From contig NC_088853.1 in NCBI RefSeq assembly GCF_963853765.1, positions 51,894,001-51,958,000 on the forward strand: a DNA stretch of 64,000 nt, written 5' to 3'. The notes under the pieces were generated by a model. It saw only the letters and a list, made by a program, of their open reading frames with translations. It made no database searches and was not told the origin of the DNA. The translations under genes were made by a program, and so were the position numbers. Shown in pieces: positions 13,313-25,237 of this stretch (position 1 is its first letter; each line of letters opens with the position of its first letter). Source of the DNA: Magallana gigas. Its lineage: Eukaryota.

Positions 13313-15103
13313 TTATCTACGCGTCGATTTCGGGGAATCCTCCTTAAGCGTCTGTAAATACTTCTTCTGAATGGCGACTTTCACGCAGCCGTCGATCAGC
13401 CTCGGTTTGGGCAGGGTGTCCCTCAGTTTCGTACATCCGGTCGTGGAAGGATCGAACATGATCAGATCGCTACATAGTGTTGCATTGTCGATCTCCCCGC
13501 CCAAGACTATGACGTTTCCCCGGTGCTGTATCACGCCGAAGTGAATCCGTTGGAACGCCGTCAGTCGGCCCACAGTTCGACAGAACGGCTTCTTAGCCGT
13601 ATCTTTCCTGTCTTTTACATACTCCACGACCCGACCGTCGAAGAAAATCAGGAAAATGCGCTTATCACACGTGATGGATTTAGTCAGTTTACACGCCATC
13701 GGTATTTTGGCATCCACTTTCGTCGCTTGTCTTGTGCGCGTCTCGTAACACTGAATAAATGCTGTGTCTTTTCTGTCGTTCTTTTCGCCCCCGAAGATGT
13801 AAATGGACTCGCCCACTACAGCAGCCGAGAAGGAACTAACGGCAATGGGCAGGTCGCCCGCCATCTCCCATTGGTCTTCTTCGATGATGTAGCGTTCGAT
13901 GCTTGATAACATACGATGTCCGTCGTCAAGCTTGTTGTCATAGCCACCAATAGCATAAAGCGCCCCGGTGACAGCGACTATCGCATGGCGGCGTCGTCCA
14001 TACCCCATGCACTCGTTCTGGAGCCACTTATTCTTGCTGCTATCGTACCACAAGAGACACTTTTGCATGGATCCGCCCCCGTTTATATATATGTCGTTTT
14101 GATAGGTGCAGGAGGCGAACTCGATGCCGGGATCATACGGCAGAGCGGCGATGGAGAACCACTCTTTTCTGTAAAAACTGTAACATATCACTCCTAATGA
14201 ACGAACATAAGGGGGCGTGGTCGATTCACACCCACCAAGTAGCACTAGCACTTCCTCCTGACTGGCCGTCAAGCGTAGACACGTTTGCTTCCCTTGTGCC
14301 TCCTGCTGCCGCGCGGGTAAGAGTTTGAAAGACTTTGCCTCGTTGATGAATTTCATACACGCGAGGTCTTCTTTTAGAAACTCGTGTTTTTCTTCTAGAT
14401 TCACCAAGTATTCCGGCGTCAGAAAGGCAAGCCGAATTTGTTCGAACAAGATCCCGCAGCTCTCCTTCCGTTTCTCGACATCTCGTTCGATCCACTTGAT
14501 GACGAGATCACAGAGCTGATCCTCGCTGTCGATGTCTAGCGTATCCTCCTTAATAATGGACGCCACCTCACGGCCGTCCAACTCCCAGAATTCCTCATTT
14601 GTGATGATTTCCTTAAAGTTCCGGGCAATCAGTTGAACGGATTTCTCCGTCAGTGTGTGACAATCGTGCAAGACGGACAATCGCCAGACCTTCAGACAAT
14701 TTTCGTTGGTAAGATGCGGGTGGAGGAACTCTTCAATGATTCCCTGCAAAGCTTTGATTTGCAACACCGCCGCGATGTGTAGCAACTCCACGGCGTTGTC
14801 AGTCGTCATCACTTCCTCCGCTTTACCGGTGTACATAAAACTCAAAACGATTTCGAACAGATCCGGGTCCATTTCCGGAAACGTCACTTGACCACTAATG
14901 CTTTCGCGCATGCCTGAGCTAAACATGGCGTCAAAGTATGGCGACATTGCTGCTAGGATGCTTTTATGACAATTGAAGGTTTTCTCGCCCACCTCGATTG
15001 TGACGTCAGAATGGTCACCCGTGGTCCACAGCCTCTTCATGGAATCGCACAAGAGGTCCAGGTAGATTTTGTTTAACACCATCTCAGGTGACTTTGCTGC
15101 CAT
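13313..15103 (-). CDS. Kelch-like protein (BTB-BACK-Kelch), 596 aa, intronless CDS
   Basis: BTB 'HSDVTIEVGEKTFNCHKSILAAMSPYFDAMFSSGMRES', BACK 'ENCLKVWRLSVLHDC...EEFWEL' and kelch repeats 'RRRHAIVAVTGALYAIGGYD' and 'SFSAAVVGESIYIFGG'. An acceptor (tttttctatag) 17 nt upstream of the ATG implies a non-coding first exon. Confidence 0.92.
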   Translation of the reverse strand: MAAKSPEMVLNKIYLDLLCDSMKRLWTTGDHSDVTIEVGEKTFNCHKSILAAMSPYFDAMFSSGMRESISGQVTFPEMDPDLFEIVLSFMYTGKAEEVMTTDNAVELLHIAAVLQIKALQGIIEEFLHPHLTNENCLKVWRLSVLHDCHTLTEKSVQLIARNFKEIITNEEFWELDGREVASIIKEDTLDIDSEDQLCDLVIKWIERDVEKRKESCGILFEQIRLAFLTPEYLVNLEEKHEFLKEDLACMKFINEAKSFKLLPARQQEAQGKQTCLRLTASQEEVLVLLGGCESTTPPYVRSLGVICYSFYRKEWFSIAALPYDPGIEFASCTYQNDIYINGGGSMQKCLLWYDSSKNKWLQNECMGYGRRRHAIVAVTGALYAIGGYDNKLDDGHRMLSSIERYIIEEDQWEMAGDLPIAVSSFSAAVVGESIYIFGGEKNDRKDTAFIQCYETRTRQATKVDAKIPMACKLTKSITCDKRIFLIFFDGRVVEYVKDRKDTAKKPFCRTVGRLTAFQRIHFGVIQHRGNVIVLGGEIDNATLCSDLIMFDPSTTGCTKLRDTLPKPRLIDGCVKVAIQKKYLQTLKEDSPKSTRR

Positions 15104-15858
15104 GATGGTTTTGTTCAGTGCTATAGAAAAACGGGCGGTGTCTGTCTACATCGTGTGTTCCAAAGTCGAAGCCGGTTGTGTTTTCTTCTCAGATACTTCC
15201 TGAAAGCAAAGGACAAAAATGAACTCAAGAAAAATCAAATTCAAATATAAAGATCGCACGATCCATGCATTGTACGTACAAGTGCAAAAAAAAGTTAAAA
15301 ACCTCGCAGTGTTCGAGGAACACAGCAATCTAAAAACTAATATTGTTTTGAAAACGTACATTTATACATGTATATCTTTTACTCATATCCTACATGTAGA
15401 CGGACACGCAGGTCCATAACCACAACAACAACAAACAACAATAGACCTCTCCTAAAAGCCGGTATGTCCCTTTGTTTACAATAAACATGTAATCAACAAA
15501 ATTGCATAACAAAACACAAGGCTAGTTTGATCCTTGATTCAGAATCGAGGGGAGCCAATCACACATCTACATGCAGCGTTCGTCTCCAAAAGGAAGTACT
15601 CGTATAGAAATGAGTGCACGTGCGTTGTCCCCGTCGACATGCACACGCCTTAAGTACCATAAGTACCGGGACCCGGATGAGAAAATAAGTACACTGCACG
15701 AGTACGTCGGGAAATAATTGCTTCCTTGTAAAAAACGTATTTTATCGGTTTGTTTACATTAATTGTATAAGTTTAATTGTGAAATTTTAATAGGCCTAAA
15801 TAAAGCGTTACTTGTATGCCTTTTCATTATCTAGCATGTCATGAAACTGGCGACGTTT

Positions 15859-15863
<5 letters not shown>

Positions 15864-15946
<83 letters not shown>
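15864..15946. repeat. (GA)n microsatellite
   Basis: Direct read. Confidence 0.95.
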
Positions 15947-15952
<6 letters not shown>

Positions 15953-16494
15953 AAATGGGATTCTATTAAAAGGGTCAGACAAAAAACGCATGTGAATTTA
16001 TTTTTCCATTGGTAATTAGGTTTTATAATAATTCTAGAGTACTTCTTACGATCCCTCCCCATTTTATTTTCAAATCTTAATACCTTATCTGTTCTAAAAT
16101 GTCATAACTCATAAAGTAATAATTCTTGATAATAACAAATAAATCCAACTTACATATTCATAGTATATTACTAGTGATTTATTTAGATAAAAATCTATAA
16201 AATATTCAAAAGTGCTGGCGCTACTTAAGTGAAATGAATAATTCCTTTAATACATTAAAAACGTGAACACAAAGAAATACTTGTACAAGCAGACAAAAAT
16301 GCAAAAAGAGAAAGTGAAGACATAAATAATAATACATATTAATGTCAAGCAGGTGAATTAATCGTGTATTCTAATTAGAATAGGTTAAGCACGTTGAAAA
16401 TAAAAAAGTATATATGAATATCATAGATCTTTCTGTAGAAAATTGTACCTTGAAAATCGACCTCTTCGCATTCATTTTCGAAAGTATAAAGTAA

Positions 16495-16620
16495 CTGTAG
16501 GTTCCATTATTTTTCGTGGGTATCAATTTTCGTGGGTTTCGTGAAAACCACACTTTAACGGCTAATGATTCAATCAATACAATATGTTATTAAATATTGC
16601 ACTTAAATGAACTTTAATTT
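16495..16620. mobile_element. Truncated relative of the CTGT-ended MITE families
   Basis: Starts 'actgtaggttccattatttttcgtgggtatcaattttcgtg', resembling the left end and interior of the 2674 and 48823 elements; no right TIR. Confidence 0.45.
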
Positions 16621-17211
16621 AATCTCACCCCCCCCCCCTTCCGCCCTTTTCTTTTTACAATTTTCAGAATAGCAAAGTTCATTAGTTTTTTTAAAAAAAG
16701 TGCAATCTATATAAACAGGCAAAATTTGCGTTAAATGTTATAAGTGTTATTTTTTGGACAGGAAATTTTACCTCGAATCTCACCTAAATCAAAATCACGG
16801 CTACATTTATCTCCGATTCCGAGCAATGAGATTAACTTGTGTGTGTTTTCCTCTTTTTTTCCTTTTAAAAGTACTCCAAAACAAAGGACATGCACCAGTC
16901 ACATTTTATCTCAGAGATTTCTCCTTTGCTATCGGCATCGTGAAAAATCTAAATCGAGGCCAGTAACTAGAAGACCCAAACACGGTATTAATAAGACTAG
17001 ACGTTGTTAGTTGGACAGGAAACGTCTCTAATTAACATGTAATTAAAATTGCCCGTGCCGAATACTCTTGACTGGGATAAATGGCAATTGAAACAAAACC
17101 TGGCCATCTACACCCCCCCCCCTCATCCTCCGTCTATCCAAAACTTTAATCTTTTTTTTATGTCTTATGATTAAAGTACAATTTAAGAGTTGTTGAGTAA
17201 AATTTATCTTG

Positions 17212-17260
<49 letters not shown>

Positions 17261-17535
17261 GGAGTTGAAAGTTTTGGAAAGTCATGTTGAATTGTTTTCA
17301 TCCTCTCTTTGGTAGAAATGAGCTTGTATATATAATGATATACATGTATGCGGTATGTTTTGCCCACGGCCTGAACTTTGGAATAAAGGGTTTACCGCAA
17401 AGACCGAAATCTCCCTAAATGTCTGTACTTGACAAACTTATTCTGTGGATGATTCATCCTTGTTTGGCTAAACCAAACCTAAACTCCTAAAGCTTTGATA
17501 AACAAGCGACCCCCTTCTCTCTCTCCCTCTCTCTC

Positions 17536-17566
<31 letters not shown>

Positions 17567-19415
17567 CACATTAATATTCATGGTCAGTTTAATAGTTATT
17601 CATTCAAATTATATATTCTTTTTTATACATTACAGTTCAGAGGTACTCTGTACTATTAACAAGCATCTGGCGTCATATTTCGAATTTTTGAATATACATG
17701 TACATTTCATAGGAATGTACATATAAATGCATATTTCAAGACTTTATTCCGTTGCAGTTGCGACTTGGTAGTGCAAGAGTCTAAACTGTCGAGATCGTAT
17801 GCTCTTGGATGTCGTTCAGTGAGGTGGTCGTTGGCTGTCTTTACTGAAGTCGTAATTAAGTCCTAAGTCGTAAGTAATAAAGTTTTCTCTACCGAAGTTG
17901 TAAGCCGTAGGTCTTTAACAGAAAGTAGCAAGTCGTAGATCGGAGTGCTTTGAGACTCAATGTCCTTCACTTAATATCATTTAGATGAACGAAATTATGG
18001 GAAAAAACAGCAAAAAACTCGAAACAAAATAAACGAAAAACACAGTTTTTGTCTCATGGGCTAGCCACTAGGGGTTAAATTTTGCGGATTTGTATTTGTA
18101 ATAAATCAGATAAAAGCGATTGAAGATTGAAAGTCAACCATTACAGCAGAGGGGCCCTTCAAATTCAAAGTTTATATACTGGATTTTAAAAATCCTCTTT
18201 GCATCTATATTCTTTTTCGAACCGGGTAAAAAAATCCTAAACGACCGATGCGATTAAAAAAAATAAGATAAAGGATTTAAACCTGGTAATCTGTTAGGAG
18301 ATAATCATTTGTATTGTTGTTTTTATTGTTGTCACACCGGGTTTCTATGCCTAGGAGAGATGAGGCAAGCAAAAGAGCAGGGAGTAAGAATACCCCTTGC
18401 TGAGCGCCAGGGCAAGCAATATATAGTTACACGTTCAATGATTTTCATTATAGTCGAGTATTTGATTTAATTTATTTAAAATTATAAAATTCAAATTCAG
18501 TAAACAATACAGGCATACAAAAGTACATCTTATTCAACAATCTAAGACTAATTTTTTAAACATTTCATTGGGCAGGAGGTGGGGGGGGGGGGGCAAAATA
18601 GTTGGATAGATGGAGGCAGACAAAACCAAATAAGAACCTTTGAATGGAAGTACTCGGGTAGGAGTTGAACCGAGATGGTTGTGAATATTCCTGTCCTCTC
18701 ATTCGCTATGACCCCTACGTCACATTTCATGCTAATTTTCATTTCGTCTTTGATAACAGGTCATCAGTACGAAATGATGTTATTTTTCTTATCTTAATGA
18801 GGTTGAACCGGTGAAGGTTGTCCACAAAATGGGTTTATGAAGTATATTATTATCATAATTGATAGGACTTATATTTTGGTGGAGATCAAAGAGAAAAATC
18901 TTTCCATTGAAAAGTGGTAGTGTTTGATCTTAACAACGAGATTACAAGGCGACAACCACAAAAGGAAACTCAACAACTAAAAAACATTTTAAAATTCTTG
19001 TGAAAACGTAATTATTGTACTTGTCAGTTAAGAGTGGTTATAAGTAAACAACCTCTTTGTAAAATGTAAAACTAACGATGAGAGCACTCAAATAAATCTG
19101 AATAATTGTAAAGTGGTACTATAGTTACGTCGTACTTAACAATTTTACGCATAGTACTGAAACAGTCAACATACTATATGCAAGGCCATTGCTTCTTCTT
19201 TGAAAGATGGAGAATGGATACATATACATTTACTTAATATGCACTACTCCTTTAGGAAAAGAGCTGGTGATTTTTATACTTATTTTCAAAGGCTTTCAAT
19301 GAAAAATGGATCGACAGACCGAACTTTCAAAAACTGTCTATGTGTGTGTGTCTGTGGTGGTGGTGGTGGTGGGGGGGTTGTCATCTGAATCTGTAGCAAC
19401 TGTGTGTGTGTGTAG

Positions 19416-19419
<4 letters not shown>

Positions 19420-19477
<58 letters not shown>
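19420..19477. repeat. (GA)n microsatellite
   Basis: Direct read. Confidence 0.95.
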
Positions 19478-19481
<4 letters not shown>

Positions 19482-22050
19482 ATTAGTCTGTATTACAAGA
19501 TATTATATTTATTCACTTAAAACTACCTGCAGAAACATGTTTTACTTATTGCCCGTCTAAACTTTAGGCTGTACTTCATCTTGGTAATAAAAAAAATATA
19601 TGACAATATAAAACCGAACAAAAAATTATTAAAAACTTGAAAACTTGACCATCACAATTCATACCTCCTTTAACCTGTTCGATTGTTTATCAGTCGCGAT
19701 CAGACTATAAAACCGGCTGTGTCAAGCAGGCACACGGTACATAAATCAATACACGACACACTCTCAATGATATTCTCGTACACACCTGAGAATGTATGGC
19801 GAATTTATGGAGGGGTCCTTAAAGTGTTGAGGCGGAGCAAGGGATTGATTAGAGAGCAGGCCATTTTACTGACTATGCACATAAACTGAACATTGTTTAA
19901 GAGAGAAACGGTCAACATTTTTTTTTTGTATTCTCAACTGTTCAATGTCGAATTAAAAAGCATGAATGTCAACAAAGTCACAGCTGAAAACTTAATCAGC
20001 GTTATGAGCGTACGACATTCCCTATACCGGTATGACATGCAGTCATTATGGTATGAAATAAACACAGGTGATTCATACATTTTGCACTTCCGATATGTAC
20101 AGTACATTAGTCCCGATTGTCAGAAAGATGTCAACAAAAAAGATACGAGCAAATGACAATTACTGATACATACACGAAACTCAACATTGACAAGTCAAAA
20201 ATACTTACCATCACCAGCTAGAAATTCACATCATGGTATTAACATGTTTCATCCCACTTCCTGCTCAAACAGAAACACACATGAAATCGACACTGTCACA
20301 ACGTGTGCAAGTTGTGTGTGTATATATCGCCTCTCTTCTCTCTCTCGTTGACACGGGCTATTTTTAGACCGCCTGTTCGAGGACCGCCGAAGGGGAGGAA
20401 ATAATACACGCGATTTAATGTACGTAAAGTTTTGTTGAAGTTTTTATTTAAATTGTCCGCTAGACCGTGAAAACAGCTTGTATAAGGCATTTAAACGGCG
20501 GACAAAAGACATATAAGTCGTGCATTTCCTTGTAACAATTACACAGATATTATAATGTATACCAACACCCAAATTAATTATAAAAGTACAAGACTTGAGT
20601 GTAGAAATAAAACACTTTTTAAACAACTGTTTTATGGCGAATCGGAACCAATTTGTTAACATTCAAAAGCACTTAGTTCTACTTAATTACAACATTCGTA
20701 CAAATTAATGTAACTGCATATTAATTCTAAACGAATTTGAAATTTCAAAAAGTATATTGAAGAATTTTATTTGCTTCATTTTTTATATCTTAAAAAAAAT
20801 GCACAAAGGCAACTTTTAAAATTTGAAAAACAGAGCCCAAGGCGTTTAATTATACACCTCTAAATGTTATTTTATACACTAGTGTACCGAGAAAACACGG
20901 TCAACTTCTCTTAACATAACACTGTAGTTGCGCTTGCAGAATTAAAAGAAAAAAAAACAACTTTAGAGACGTTGTGGTTTGCCTTATCATAAGTACATGC
21001 AGTGTATCACCTTCAGCTACCAAATATAGTAATTAGAATGTTCTTGATAAGATGAATATAACGACAAATAAAGTGAAATAACACTTCAAATTCTTTTGAT
21101 TTACCCCGATACCAGACCCTAATAATGTATAGGGCATTTTATAAATATTTTCTGATGATATTGTTCAAATAATTTCTCTTCCTAATGCAAAATATACAAA
21201 ACAAGAAATTAATCAACATAATTTATTCAAGTTTTAGAGAAATAAAAGACAAAAGATTCAGTGTAGCCTATATATAAATATTTATACCAATGGGTACATA
21301 TGAACTAAATATTATATTACATTACAATTTAGACAAAAAAACAAAAAAGAAAAAAACCCCAGAGAAAACCAACAAACAAACAAACAAACAAACAAATTGT
21401 GAAGTCACAATAAAACAAACATCTAGTATATAGACTGACCATTCACTTGTAAAGTCAATCATAAATAATATAAAAAATTATGAAACATGTGAATATGTAA
21501 CAGTTCTCTCCTTCTAAAGGGATTTTTGAGATATAATTGTATTCACTTTGAAAATAAAAATGGGCGGGCGTAAGACAGCTCCATCGGCTGCCAATCCAGG
21601 ATCCGCTCCTATTGAGTTCGATCAGATGCAAAAGGTAACATAAGTGGAAAGCTAGCCTTTGCTGGCGAAGGTAAGATAACCTCTCCCAATTGTAATTAGT
21701 TTCAAACATAACCCAATTTAGTTTAAGGAATAATGTACATTAATGAGTCGGACACTTCAAAAAAAGATCGACCATCATCAAAAAATTAGAATAAGGTGCA
21801 TGGACTTTTTTATTGACTCTAATGAAACTAACATGCATGTTTTCATGCACATTGTTCATTAACAGGGTCAATTTCTAGCGAAAAGAAAATGGAACCGATG
21901 CAAGAGAATAGGGAGAGGAGACTGACTCCTGCCCTAAAATTGAACATGCATTGTGGAAAATACAGTTGTGGAAACAGGCGTTTTTTCTATGATATACATG
22001 AAAAAAAAAACATCAAGGAAAGTATTTGAGCAGAAAAATGTGTCATCTTG

Positions 22051-22739
22051 TCACGTTTTATTCCGTACATTCACTTTAAAAGGTGAACCACGAACTTCAA
22101 TATCACCCCAAGTAACACTTATGACGTAATCACCAGGTTCATTGGCTTCATAAGAGCAGACGATCATAGTTTTGTCTTCAGCGTGTTTCTCCATCTTGAC
22201 GTTAAATGACCCTAAAAGGAAAAAAATCTAAAAACGTCTGTTACACTTTAATAATATTGATTGTAAATTAATGAAAAAAGAATAGACGGCAAAATGGCAT
22301 CGTAATGATTTCTATGAGCCCGGATGACTTTTATCTATGATTCATCGTTTCCAAACCTTTTGGGCCTCGGATATTTACTCCCAGCCTTCCTGGTCCGGCA
22401 CCCTGTGTTTTAACGTTAAATGTCGGATCGAATTCTCCCAGTATCCCCTCTGGTTCGATGCCCGGCCCATGGACCTCGATCTTGTCAGGGTCGGATTCTT
22501 TACTCGTACCAGCAGGGGCCTGAAATACTTATTATAAATAAGAAACTCATTATTATATTAGCTTGGTCGTTTCGAATAAAATGTTAACTATATAGATTTT
22601 AGACTACAACTAGTCAGCGAGTGAAGTCTCCAGTTTATAAAATTCATTAAAATAATGCATTGGCGACATACATTCACTTTTAATTTATTAGCCAATGGTT
22701 AATCTCTGTCTGTTTGTCTGTCTGTTCGTCCATCCATCC

Positions 22740-22790
<51 letters not shown>

Positions 22791-22985
22791 GCTTATTAAA
22801 TCATCTATAAAATTATCTAAAACACTAAGTGCCATACAAGCGTCAATCTTTGGGATGATGGAATGAGTTGTCTCCGCTTTGTTCGCCCTGTGACGTTCTA
22901 TACACTTGTCATGCAGACAGACTCCGCACTTCAGACACGTCCAATCAACAGCCAGTTCACCGGAAGTACACTCTGCACATGACAT
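22051..22985 (-). CDS. Small B-box zinc finger plus single filamin-type Ig repeat protein (~159 aa)
   Basis: Exon 22838-22985 encodes the B-box (CAEC-x10-CLKC-x4-H-x2-C-x3-H-x8-H; donor T|gtatgg). Exon 22357-22527 encodes DPDKIEVHGPGIEPEG...GAGPGRLGVNIRGPK. Exon 22051-22211 encodes GSFNVKMEK...EPGDYVISVTWGDIEVRGSPFKVNV then a stop. The filamin exons are clear. Joining them to the B-box in frame needs the AAG acceptor ending at 22528. Confidence 0.68.
22741..22787. repeat. (CT)n microsatellite in intron 1 of the B-box/filamin gene
   Basis: Direct read. Confidence 0.95.
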
Positions 22986-24863
22986 AATTTCTGTTCACTT
23001 CCGATTATGTCTCATCTAAATTGTTTTTTAGTGTAGCTGAACCTATAAACAAATACATGTATGTATTAACTATGTATTGACTGCATATTGAGCTAATTAA
23101 ATTGTCCGAATTTAGTAAACTCTCATATTTCAAAAGGACTCAAACCAAGTGGCCCTGATGCACCTAGCCATCGCTATGCGTGAAATAAGGAGTAGTGGTT
23201 TTTTGACTGATAGTTATCACACGCGCCTGTATACCTGGTGACTTTATATTGTACTTAGCTGGTAGTTGTTTGTGTCGAATTACTAAATAAAGTCTTACTT
23301 TAAAATGGTCAAACGCCAATCCTTACCTCTTCCCCAATTATCGTAATGAAAAATACGTCGATGTGACATTGGTCAAAGAAACTCACGATGCTAGCATATT
23401 GTTAATTAATCTATTCGACTCTAGTCGTGTAGTCTTTAAACACAGAATGTTCTGACTACTATACACTTACCTTTTGAGTCTGTTTTTACAATGTTACAGT
23501 CATACGATTCTCATCAAAATGATTCCAAGTATTGGTCTGTGTATCTAGTGCAGACTTGTATCTACTGATGACATTCCCAACACATCTCGTTAATGAATTA
23601 TGTCACTGTAATGCCTCCTTTCATTTTCATTCTTCAGTTAAAATGTTTATTTTACGTACGTGGGACCCTAAACTCTTCGTGAAACATCAATTCATGTTCA
23701 GCCAAGCAGAGCGAAGACTGCAAAAATTTAGAACAAGTGTGCAGAGGCAAGCCAATTTACTATCAACACATGTACCCAAATATTCAGGAAGTTTGACAAC
23801 AGCATGTTTTGAAGACATTGCTGATTGAGGAGTTTTTTTAATGATCATGCACTAACGCAGAAAATGATTGAAGCAGATATTTTATGAACTATACACTTCT
23901 CAACATACCACATGAAGGAACAAACGTTGTGATGAGATCAGTTTGCTTTTCGACGCGATTGTTTGAACAAGTTTGATTTAAAGTTTCCAAACATTGCGTC
24001 TGTTGACAAATAGCGATCAATAAACTAAAATCCTAGACACAATATGTATCCAGGATGGTATATTATTAAATGTCCCTCTTTCTTTTTCTTTTTTTTTTTA
24101 AATGTTTGTATAGATATAGAGATTCATAGATTTCTTCGGTAAGAGCGACAACTGTAACTTGAAAATTTAACCATTTTTGTTTATTGGGCAATTTTCTTTT
24201 TAATTTACTAAAATTCAAATTTTGTTGCGTGAGATCTGTTAAAAACTTGTGAAATATATCAATGTATTTGAGACAGTCGACGGAATTTTCTATAGTGCAT
24301 GTATCAAATAATCGACATTCAGTGTACCGTTAGCTGATAATGCTGATACATAAAATATCGTATCTTTTTAACAAAGCTAAATTGGTAATGCTTTACTTCA
24401 TTTCTAATTTAAATTTTAAAAAAGTTAAAGATTTAAATACAAAAAGCATTAAACGAAATATCGTTTAGTGAATTGTGTATAAAATACATTCATTTGGTTA
24501 AAAGGAAATAAAAGTAGAAAAAGAGAATAAAACATCGATACAATAAAATTCCGAAGGCTTTTATATAGAAAAGCAAATCTCTATCTACTGTTGCTTGTAG
24601 TAAATGTGTTACACGTCGAGCTACATGTTCAAATTCATACACTCTTTAACACATTCTCGTACACTGTATAAATACACTCACAAAGTCACAAAATTCACAT
24701 AAAGAGACAATAGAATTCATCAAAATAACCAAGAAAAATAATTGGCATCCCGACACAACCCCCAATGCCCCCATAGAATACCCCCTCCCGAAATGAAATA
24801 TATCAAAAATATAATCATGCCTATTCATTTTAATATTTTAAGAATTCTAGAATCTATCAAAAA

Positions 24864-25087
24864 TACTGTAAACCAACTTTTATTTGCGACGACTTTATTT
24901 CGCGATACACTTCCGATAAACTGGTTCGTGACGACTAAAGTTTGCGACCAAGCCTAATCCAGACCCGTCTTGTTGTAACAACCATCCTACTACGACTGGT
25001 TCGCGGTGAGAAATATTCGCGACGACGAGTCCCTCGCGAACCTCGCAAAAAAAATTTTCACACGCGAATAAAAATTGGTTTACAGTA
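24864..25087. mobile_element. MITE, TACTGTAAACC...GGTTTACAGTA family
   Basis: TIRs tactgtaaaccaacttttatt / aataaaaattggtttacagta; CGCGA-rich interior; related copies at 57553-57773 and 61973-62192. Confidence 0.82.
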
Positions 25088-25237
25088 TACAATCATTCAC
25101 CACTGATGACACAACTTCAATAAATTAATGAATAAATTAAATACAACTATAAGAATTCACGTATTACACTATAATCTGGCATACAACATGTGTGACACTT
25201 TTCGATGGCGGTTCTGTATAAATGATATTTTGAGTGC

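Noticed and set aside
23500-24050. Stretch with coding-like composition between the TRIM and mini-gene
   Set aside because: All frames are interrupted and I recognise no domain. A tBLASTx search would be needed to call a pseudogene.
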